Source of the DNA: Patellaria atrata CBS 101060
Lineage: Eukaryota
Assembly: GCA_010093705.1 (NCBI GenBank)
Contig: MU006115.1
Location: 212,678 to 276,677 of the forward strand
Length of the DNA: 64,000 bases
Reading direction: 5' to 3'
The translations under genes were made by a program, and so were the position numbers. Below, piece after piece: positions 53,746 to 64,000 of this stretch (position 1 is the stretch's first letter; each line of letters opens with the position of its first letter). Under the pieces are notes generated by a model, which saw nothing but the letters and a program-made list of their open reading frames with translations, was not told the origin of the DNA and ran no database searches.

Positions 53746-54347
53746 ATATTATAATAAAAGTCTATACTTATTAAGATAGAATTAAATAAGTTTAGAAATA
53801 TATTTAACTTCTTATTTAATATAATTAACTATAAAGATAAGTTTAATAAAGTAATAAAATATATATAATAAAGATATTTTAAGTTAATAGTATAATTTAC
53901 TAACTTCTTAACTTTAAGTAATATTTATAATAAGATAAGATATATTATATAGAAATAATATAATAAGTAAAATTAAGTTTAAAACTATAATATTTAAATT
54001 TATAAATAAAATTAATAATAAAAATAATTATAAAAAATCTAAATATATAAAAAAAAGATTATTTTTAAATATTTCTATTCTTTATAATTAATTTAGTTAT
54101 TTATACTTTAATTATTCTAATTATTAATCGTTTATAATAATTAATATAATTAACGACTATTATCTAAATTATATAATTCTTTATTACTTATTTTATTTAT
54201 AATTTTTTTAAGTGATATTTCTTTTTTCTTTTATTTATTATTTATATATTTTTATAACTTATAATTATAATATATAATTTAGTTTAAATTTATATAATTT
54301 ATAAAAGAAATTAAATTAATAATATATAAAAATATATTTATAAATAC

Positions 54348-54571
54348 TATAATATTTATAGTATTAAGAGTTAATCTATTAATATTAACTATATATAACT
54401 ATTATTAAGTAAAGAGATTAAGTTAAAGAAAAGAGAAAATTATAAATAATAATTATAAACTTAAATAGCTTTATTAATTAATAGAATTTCCTAATAATAT
54501 AATTAAGTTAAATATAAGTAAACTTACTAAATATAGGAAAATAAAAAGATTAATAGATAATAATTATTATA
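54348..54571 (-). repeat. 224-bp RIP-mutated LTR, copy 1
   Basis: Reverse complement of 57841-58064, differing mostly by transitions, and adjacent to a PPT. Confidence 0.85.
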
Positions 54572-57500
54572 TTATCTCTTTCCCTAAAATAGAAATCGGC
54601 CTTAATTTTAGTATAATATTATCTTTTATAAAGCTATTTTATTTTAGACGTTTTCGATACTTTTAAGTTTATATAGACTCGTTTTTTTTAATAATATTAT
54701 TATTAGCGTATAGCTCTAGTTTAAAGTTATTTATTTAATATATTTAAAGCTATTTATTTAGTTATTTTAATAGCCCGGCTTTATCTAATTATTATTTATA
54801 GAAACTCTATATCTTATATAAATATTCGATAAAGTTATATATTAGATACTAAATATTATCTAAATTATAATTAATTTAGTTAATTTTATATTTAAACTTT
54901 TTATAAAAAATTTAGCTTACTAATATCTTTTTAACTTTATACTCCGGCTCTTCGTTTATCTTTATTAATAGTGATAGTTTTAGCTACTACTTTAGTAAAG
55001 AATTTATAGAAGCTTTCTATAATTAATTTATATAGAATATTTTATCTATTTTTATATTAAAAGGTAGATTTATAATATAAAAATAATCTTTTATACTAAT
55101 AATCTTATATAATCCGGCGTTTTAATAATTTAGCTTTATATTTAATTTATCTATTATTTAATCTTTTCTTATTATAAAGATATAGTCGTCTAACTTAAAG
55201 TTTAACTCTTTTTAATACTTATTAACCGCTTTAATTTAAATAATTTAAATATAAAAAAGATTCTTTTTAATTTATTTAATAATATTATAAATATATTTTA
55301 TAAATTATTAAACTTCTTTTTAATTTATATATTCTTTAATAATCTTATAAGTGTTTAAATCTATATATTTATATTAATTAAAGTATATCCGCGGCTAATA
55401 TCTAAATTTTAATTCGAACGGCGATATTCTTATAAATTTATATAAAAGTGTAGCTTATATAAAATCTATAACCGGTAATAGTTTTAATTAATTATCTTAA
55501 TAATAGTTTATTATTAGCCTTAATCGTAAATTAATATATTAATTAATAATCTTTATATTTTTATTTATTTATAAATAATATACTATTAATAGCTTTTACT
55601 TAACGCTTATTAATTTATAAAGTTTATCTATAAAAATTAAAATAAACTAAAAATCTTTATCTAATATTACTATCTTTAGTATATCGTAAATCCGGAAAAT
55701 ATATTTAAAGTATAGTTTTACTATTAAAGCTATAATAATCTTCTTTATATATAATATAGAGATAACTCTCTTTCTAAGCCTATTTATAACTATAAAAGTG
55801 ATTTTAAAACTATACTTATCTTTTAGAAATAATTTAAAATTAAATAAAATATATTACTAATATTTATCTTTAATAGATAATAGTTTTAGTAACTCTAAAG
55901 TCTTATTTTAAAGTATATATATTCTTTAATATATATAATAATTTCGAATATATTTATTTACGTCGTTAAATAGTCCTAGCTAATAATATTAATATTATAA
56001 TAATTCTTTTATCTTTTTTATACTTAGATAATCTATAATATAAATATCGTAAACTTCTTTAATTAGATAAGTTTAGTAGTTATTTATATCTAGTATTATT
56101 AGTCTATTATAGTAAATTAATAGGCTATTTTATAATTTCTATTTATTTTTAGATACTTTAATTTACTTTTAAAAGATCTTTAATAATTTATAAATTCTAT
56201 TTATAATTATTATTTAATTAATTAGTTTAATTAATATTATTTTATTCTCTTTTATTTATCTAAATTCTATTAACTTAATTATTTTATTATAAATTTTAAG
56301 CTCTTTTATTAATTCTTTAGTCTTAACTATTTTATTAGCTTATTTAGATAATCTAAAAGTTTCTTTAATTTATATTTAATTCTAAGTTTTATTACTTTAA
56401 AGTTATTACGAAATTTTTTAGATATACTTTTTATTTTAAAGAAGTATATCTAGATTTCTTCTTTCCGCTTTAAATTTATTATCCTTTTCTTCTTTAATAG
56501 TAAATATTAATAATTTAAAGACGCCGTTCTTCTAAAAGATTTTAATTAAGACTATCTTAGTTAATTTAATTAATACTTTTTATAGACTTTTTTATAGTAT
56601 TTTTAATAGCTTTATTAGCGATATAATTATTTTTAATATTATTATTATTTAAATTCTTATTATAATATCTTTCTTTTTAGCCGTTTTTAAATCTTCTTAC
56701 TTTTAAAAGAGAGTATTTACTACTATATTTTATATTTTAGGCTAGTAGATTATCTTAAAATTATAATTAATTAACTTTTTATTTTATTAAGTTTAACGAG
56801 CGTTTAATAGATATTTTATAAAGAAGTATTCTAATACTTTATAATCTATAATTATTATAAAGAATATTTATTATAATTTAATTAATATATTTCTCTATTT
56901 CTTAAAAATCTAGATAATAATAAGTATCTTTTTATTATAAATTAAATATCTTATTTCTATCTTATTTAAGAACCTAAATTAAAAGATTATTAATCTTTAT
57001 ATATTTTTATACTTTTATAATAAAACGCTAGTAATTACTTTATTACTATAATCTATTTTAACCCGCGTTTCTAATTAAAGATTATAGTAAATTAAGACTT
57101 AATTAAATAAGATTAATATTTTTATTTTTTTAAAAATCTTATATTTTAGATCTTTAAGTAGCTTTTAAAAGTCTTTATAAATTTATAGTATTAATAGTTT
57201 AATTATCTTTTTAAACTTCTTTAGGAATTTCCGATAGAAGTTATAAAAGTTATTAAATAATTATATATCTTTAATATTTATTAGTAAAGCCTAATTTTAT
57301 ATTACTTTTATCTTATTAGAGTCTATCGCGATTCTATTTATACTAATTATAAAGTCTAAAAATTTTATTTTAGTAATATAAAATTCGCTTTTCTTAATAT
57401 TAGCTTATAATTTAATTTTATTTAATATTTCTAGTACTTTTATAACGTAAGCTTAATATTTTAGTAGATAAATAAAATAAATTAGAATATTATTAATATA

Positions 57501-57840
57501 GATTATATAAAAATTATCTAGATATTTCTAAAAGACCTTATTAATAAATTATTAAAATAATACTAGTCTATTATATAAGCTAAAGAGTAATATCTTATAT
57601 TTAAAAGAATTATACTATATTTAGAATATAATAAGATTTTCTATTAACTCTTTTATTTATATTTAATAGAAGATTTATCTAATATTTAACTTTATAAAAA
57701 TCTTAATTATTTTTAATCTAATTAATATCTCTTTAATTAAAGGTAATAGATATTTATCTTTCTTTATAATAAAATTTAACTTATAATAATTAATATAAAA
57801 TCTTTATTCTTCTTTAAGTTTCTTCGCGAATAATATTAGT
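54348..57840 (-). mobile_element. Heavily RIP-mutated Ty3/gypsy relic (RT, RNase H, integrase, 3' LTR)
   Basis: Ghost motifs on the minus strand: ILFAKK (about 57830), EYLDNF..IYINNI (about 57500), NFYRKFLK (about 57230) and ISPFE (about 55420). Purine tract at 54572-54590 abuts the LTR. Confidence 0.8.
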
Positions 57841-58064
57841 TATAATAATTATTATCTATCGATCTTTCTACTTTTTTATATTTAGCGGGTTTACTTATAT
57901 TTAGCTTAATTATATTATTAGGAAATTTCGTTAGCTAATAAGACTATTTAAACTTATAACTATTATTTATAATTTTCTCTTTTTCTTAACTTAATCTCTT
58001 TACTTAGTAGTAGTTATATATAGTTAATATTAATAGATTAGCTCTTAGCACTATAGATATTATA
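57841..58064 (+). repeat. 224-bp RIP-mutated LTR, copy 2 (inverted relative to copy 1)
   Basis: Same length and end-to-end reverse-complement match to 54348-54571. Confidence 0.85.
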
Positions 58065-58788
58065 TTAAATTAAGTTTAATATAATTATAGCCTTTAAAAA
58101 GGCGATATAATATTCTAATCGAAACGCGATATTAGTCTAGTTAATAACTAATCACGAATAATTAAAATATTAATAGATAGTCGACTTTATTAATATAAAG
58201 AGAAAATAAGTATTAAGATTTATTAAAAAGTAAAGACTTATTATAATCACTTATAAAAAGTATTTATAAAGTAAGGAAGAGTAAAAGTTAAAGATAACTA
58301 AATTTAATAATATTAAAGAGCTAAAAAGTAGAATAATCCACGATAACCCCTTAATAATAATATTAGAATAATAATAAAGTGATAAAAGAAAGTAGAGAAG
58401 CTCTAAATATTTAAAACGAAGTTTAATAATATCGTTAATAAGAATTATTACTAAGGAACTTATAGTAGATAATTTCTAATAAATATAGAATAATTTTAAG
58501 GATAATTTCGAAAGTAAAGTATAATATATAGAGATAACTATTAGTCTAAAAAAAATTCTTTATAATATAAAAGATATAATAGAATAAACGGAGAAGAAAC
58601 TATCCACGATTATAATAGAGTATATTAAGATAATACTATTTATAGTAACACGACACCTTTAAATTAAGAAGATTACCGACTTATATAATAAAATATAAAA
58701 GGATTTATAGTTAAAGATAGACGTTTTTAAGAAGAATAAGATAATTATTATAAACCTTTAAAATAAAGTTAAAATATTATAAGAATAA

Positions 58789-61700
58789 TGTTACGGCCAC
58801 AAGTTATAGAAGCATGAAGACCACGAGTGAGGGGAAGAAGGAACACCACTCGGAGGAACTACGGGTGAAACCCGTAGACGACGGGTCACGTGACTTGGAC
58901 GNNNNNNNNNNNNNNNNNNNNNNNNNNNNNNNNNNNNNNNNNNNNNNNNNNNNNNNNNNNNNNNNNNNNNNNNNNNNNNNNNNNNNNNNNNNNNNNNNNN
59001 NNNNNNNNNNNNNNNNNNNNNNNNNNNNNNNNNNNNNNNNNNNNNNNNNNNNNNNNNNNNNNNNNNNNNNNNNNNNNNNNNNNNNNNNNNNNNNNNNNNN
59101 NNNNNNNNNNNNNNNNNNNNNNNNNNNNNNNNNNNNNNNNNNNNNNNNNNNNNNNNNNNNNNNNNNNNNNNAAGGAGTCAGCAAGTTGTATCGTCAACTT
59201 GAAGTGCCTTTGTTATACGTATCCTATCACTTTGCCGAACCTACCTTTGTGGTTGACCACGTTAAGTGAGAAGCCAGGCGCGTTTCTAGACTTATCCAGT
59301 TCTGTCTCGATAAGTATAGACTCCCGTTGTAACATTATAACTACCACGCAGTAGGAAAGCGTATAACAGACCTAGACACGATGTCGTCAGCCGCAGCCAA
59401 CACGAAGACGGATAAAGAACATATCCAAGCGTTGTATAAACGCATCAGCGAACTCGAGAATGAGGGAACAGTCCAAGAACTTAGGGATCAGCTCGAACAA
59501 CTTACCGTACAGTTGCTTTCACCACAAAAGCGAACCGCGAAAGTCAAAGAACCCGCACCATACGATGGCAAACGAGACGAGCTGAGAGGATTCTTAACCC
59601 AGGTGAGGATCTATCATAAAAGAATAGGGCTAACGGACGACAGTGAACGTGTACTCGATGCATCAGCGTACCTTAAAGGAGACGCTTTGGAATGGTTCGA
59701 ACCCATTGCACGAGACTATCTTGAGAACAGTGAAGAACACCAGGAAGACGAAACAGTGGAGATCTTCAAGTCGTTTCCAAAATTCGAAGAAACGCTAAAG
59801 AACGTCTTTGGGGAAGTCGACGAACAACAGGCAGCAGAAAGAAAGCTTCAAGGACTCAGGCAGAAAGGGTCAGCTTCGAAGTATACGACTACATTCCAGC
59901 AGGCAGCATCAACATTGGGTTGGCCTGATGAACCACTGATGATTGCTTTCTATCAAGGTTTGAAGGAAGAAGTAAAGGACGAGTGGGTTCATTATGAGAG
60001 ACTAACGACCATGCAGGACGCAGTGACCTTAGCAGTTAGAATAGATAATAGGTTGTATGAGCGTAGACAGGAAAAGGGAGGACGGAAGAATGTTATGGTT
60101 GGGTATAGAAAGAAGGTAACAAGGGCCATAAATAGACAAGATTAGGGAGACCCGATGGACCTCGACCGACTATAACAGACAAAACAAAAGAAGTCGAAGA
60201 AACAACGACAGTTCACCTAAGAAGAAAAAGAACGCTTCGCGAGCAGAGCGTGTCTACAATGCGGAGAGGTAGGACACTTCAAGAGAGACTGTCCACAAAA
60301 GGCACTATCACCCTCACGACACAACCGACGTATGCAACTCAGAGTCATGCACCTGACACCACCATCACCAGTCTCGTCACTCGAAGAAGAAGAGATTGAA
60401 GAAACGCCACTACCATACTAGACGGGGGTAAGTAGACCACCGACACCATTTCCAACAGCAGGGAACTGGCTAGGAGAGGAAACACTCCGACAACGTTTAG
60501 ACCATCAACAGTGTTGGGCGTGCGGAAACGTACACGCACACACAGCATCAGAATGCCCAGCACAGAATCAGGGTCAGAGGATCAGAGTACAAACATCTAA
60601 CGGACCAAGCCTCATATACCGGATTATGGAACAACAACGTCAGCTTGAACAAGAGTTCCGAGATTGGGAACCGATCGAACCCGAATCCGATGCCGACGTG
60701 ATCGTCGAAGAACAACAATTGAACCTTGCACCAAGAGCAGAAGACTGTTTAGCCTTTCGATGGATGCAATGTAAAGAGGGTGACTGTTTATACCATAAAC
60801 AGCAGAGGGCTATAGCAAAGTTCAGGGACCGAGACCCTACACATATGCATTTACCTGAAAGCGAGTGCCAGGTAAAAGGGTGCAAAACACACGAAGGTGA
60901 AACGAAAACACTTGAAAAGAACCGAGGACTCGAACCACCAGTAGGCGACTGTGGAAAGTATGACAGTTTCAGTTACACGGACAAACTGAAGTGCAGACGA
61001 CATTACTAGGCGCTAATCCACGCAGAATGTGTAGTAGCAACGTGGGTAGATTGCGAATATAGCATAGATTGCTGGTACTATAGAGGATTAGAAGAAGAGT
61101 TCTATAAAGGAAAAGTGTTCCCATAGGAAACAGAAGGGTTTAGAGACGAAAGAGAAACCATCGAGCAAGCCACTAGATATGACGCGATAGACTTTAGGCA
61201 ATGCGCCATTAGAGGGATATGGTGCGATTACCATACCGCGCAAAGATGGAGAGCAGGAATCAAAAGTAACCTAAGTTATAACGCAGTTATTAAACGAGAG
61301 TGTCGAGAATTGGAATACGAGGAACATCGTAAAGGTCCATATTACGACCGACACGACAGACTACACTAGACCGTGTGCGTAGAATCCGGTTGCCCGGTAC
61401 ATAGCTATGCAAAAAACTACTAAGCCACTCGAGATAGGAACGATCGAGAAGTATGGCTCCTAAGTTCCTTAGAACCCTACGAAGTAACGATAGAACGCTT
61501 TAGGTAGACGTTACCATACACGGCAAGAGAACGATAGCGCTAGTTGATAGTGGCGCCACCGATTCGTTCATCTCACCCCGATGGGTAGAAAAGAAGAGTA
61601 TACCTTACACGAAACTTGAAAATCCAGTCCCGTTGCGACTAGGAAATGGCGAAGGAACAGGATATGGACGAGGTCTGATTAACTTTAGGACCATACCGGT

Positions 61701-64000
61701 AGAAGTCAACGTACAAGGGAAGGTAACTACTCAGCGCATCCCTATAACCGACCTGGGAGATGTAGATATGATTCTAGGGATGGACTGGTTGTAAACAGTG
61801 AACCTAGATATTGACTGGAAGACGAGAAGTATCTAGATTGACCAAGACACCTCACGAAAGGATAGAGTCAAGCGAACAGAACGTACTAAGTAGACGGACG
61901 CTAGCATATCCGTAGGACGTATTTCGCACTACAAGATAATGAAGATCTATAGAAACAAATCTAAGAGCGTAGGAGCAGTATAGCTTAGGAAAATAGACGC
62001 TAAGAAGGTTTCCGAAGAACCTAAGATACCCGAAGAGTATAGCGAGTTCAAAGATTTGTTTAAGGAAGATATAGCGACTATACTTCCGGATCACTAGACG
62101 TGGGATTATGAAATAGTGCTAAAGGAGGGTGCGAAACTACGACCCGGTCCGATTTACCCGTTGACAAGAGAACAACATAAAGCACTCGAAGAGTATATCC
62201 GCACTAACTTAGAAAAGGGATATATACGACCTAGCGAAAGCCCGATAGCTTCACCAATTCTATTCGTACCAAAGAAGAATGGCAAGCTGAGATTATATGT
62301 CGACTATAGATAGCTAAACGATGCCACGGTCAAGAATAGATACCCATTGCCCTTAATCTCAGAAATCCAAGATAGGTTACAAGGAGTAAAATGGTTTACG
62401 AAATTCGATATCCGAGACGGTTACTATCGAATTAGAATGAAAGAAGGCGAAGAATGGAAGACAGCCATAAGAACGAGGTTCGGACTATACGAATATATAG
62501 TGATGCCGTTCGGCTTAACCAACGCCCCAGCAACGTTCTAAGCAGTGATTAATCACGCACTAAGAGAGTATTTGGACGTATTTGTAACTACTTACCTAGA
62601 TGATATGCTAGTGTACACGAACGGAACACTCGAAGAGCATAGGGAGCATGTAAAGAAAGTATTAACGAAACTACGAGAAAAGAGACTCCTAGTACACCCA
62701 GACAAGTGTGAATTCCATGTTAAAGAAACGGAATTCCTAGGCTTCATCGTTACCACTGAAGGTATACGAGCAGACCCAAAAAAGATAGCCGCAATCCAAG
62801 ATTGGCCGACGCCGAAGAACGTAAAGGACGTACAATCGTTCCTAGGTTTCGCGAACTACTATAGGAAGTTCATCCAGGGGTACTCGAAGGTAATAACGCC
62901 GCTGTCAGAGTTAACAAAGAAGGAAAATACCTTTATTTGGATAGAAAAGGCCTAGGAAGCATTCGATGAACTTAAGAAGAAGTTCACCATAGCACCTATC
63001 TTAGTTATATTTGACCCAGAGAAATTGATAGTGCTAGAGACTAACGCATCTGATTATGCACTAGGTGCATGTATAAGTCAGCTAGATGAGAAAGGACGAC
63101 TACACCCGGTAGCCTTTCATTCACGGAAATTCACGGCCGCAGAGCTAAATTACGACGTACACGACAAAGAATTGTTAGCAATCGTCGACGCATTTGAACA
63201 GTGGAGGTCATACCTTGAAGGACCCAAGTTCACTGTAAAAGTTTGGTCAGACCATCAAAACCTGACAAACTTCCTCACAACAAAGAAGTTGAATCGAAGA
63301 CAAGTAAGATAGGCAGAAACACTCGCATCTTTCAACTTCAAGATATTCCATAGACTAGGAGTCGAGAATAAACTAGCCGATGCTATAAGTAGAAGATCCG
63401 ACTACCTAGAAGGAACAAAACCGGTACACGACGCGGTACTAAGGAAAGAAAACGACGCGATCACCTACAATCAGCCAAAATTAGCTACAATGCTAATAAT
63501 CGAATCCACGAGAGAACAACAAATTCGTGATGCCTATCAGAAGGACAGCATGATAGAGGAGTTCCGAAAGGGTAGCGACCCTAGAGCAACACAAACAGCT
63601 CAAGGAACATGGCTATACGACGGGCTCGTATATGTGCCAATGACACTACGAAAGACTCTTACCAAAGAGATCCATGAAGCACCAGCACATGGTCACCAAG
63701 GTATTGACAAAACCTTAGAAAGGATCCTAAGGAACTACTACTTTCCAGGGGTAAGAAGTACAGTGAAGAAAGTCATCTCAGAGTGTAATAACTACGCACG
63801 GAATAAAAGTGCAAAACATGCACCTTATGGACAGATGCAACACATTGAGCCACCAAAGCGAGCATGGGACTCAATAACGATGGACTTCATCACAGGTCTA
63901 CCAGGATCCAAAGATCCAGCAACAGGAGTAGAGTATGACGCGATATTAGTTATCGTAGAGCGACTAACAAAGTTCACCTACTTCATACCAGCAAAGACGA
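58789..64000 (+). mobile_element. Ty3/gypsy retrotransposon: 5' LTR, gag, pol (PR-RT-RH-IN), running off the window; lightly RIP-mutated
   Basis: LTR TGTTAC...GTAACA (58789-59334, spans a gap). Gag YLKGDALEWF, CLQCGEVGHFKRDC. Protease LVDSGAT, RT YLDD, RNase H ASDYALGA and integrase GHQG/SITMDFI. Scattered TAG/TAA stops. Confidence 0.97.
61411..61423 (+). other. Putative -1 ribosomal frameshift site (A AAA AAC) at the gag-pol junction
   Basis: Gag frame reads GCA AAA AAC TAC TAA. The -1 frame from 61414 is the frame of the protease and RT ORFs. Confidence 0.8.

Noticed and set aside
53746..58788. AT-rich block as a mitochondrial insertion or centromere
   Set aside because: Residual pol motifs, LTRs and TpA excess explain it as RIP. 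Centromere status cannot be judged from sequence.
58804..59354. ORFs containing X runs (also 52680-53132)
   Set aside because: Artefacts of translating across N gaps.

Overview
Filamentous ascomycete (Pezizomycotina) nuclear DNA, judged from the short spliceosomal introns, RIP-type CpA->TpA damage and fungal gene families. All calls come from reading the sequence by eye; no database searches were run. There are four zones. (1) About 1.4-20.6 kb is accessory: a HET-domain gene, an AA9 LPMO, a P450/SDR pair, then a run of secreted-protein, F-box/ankyrin and HET genes that are mostly disrupted. (2) About 20.7-40 kb holds core genes: OXLD1-like, an MscS-like channel, a GPI protein, DUF2458, COX14-like, a Cys-rich membrane protein, a CRD2-like metallothionein, an ABC1/UbiB kinase, BRF1 and tRNA-Ser(CGA). 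(3) About 40.1-48.9 kb is a four-gene FAD monooxygenase/SDR/MFS/P450 group. (4) About 49.3-64 kb is a nest of three Ty3/gypsy elements and a pogo-like transposon at very different RIP stages, with two assembly gaps (52880-52989, 58902-59171). The most unusual observations are an AA9 whose catalytic His is preceded by Leu-Pro, two neighbouring secreted-protein genes each broken by one early TAA, an inverted pair of 224-bp LTRs around a pol fragment, and a tRNA gene plus G-rich repeat upstream of BRF1.
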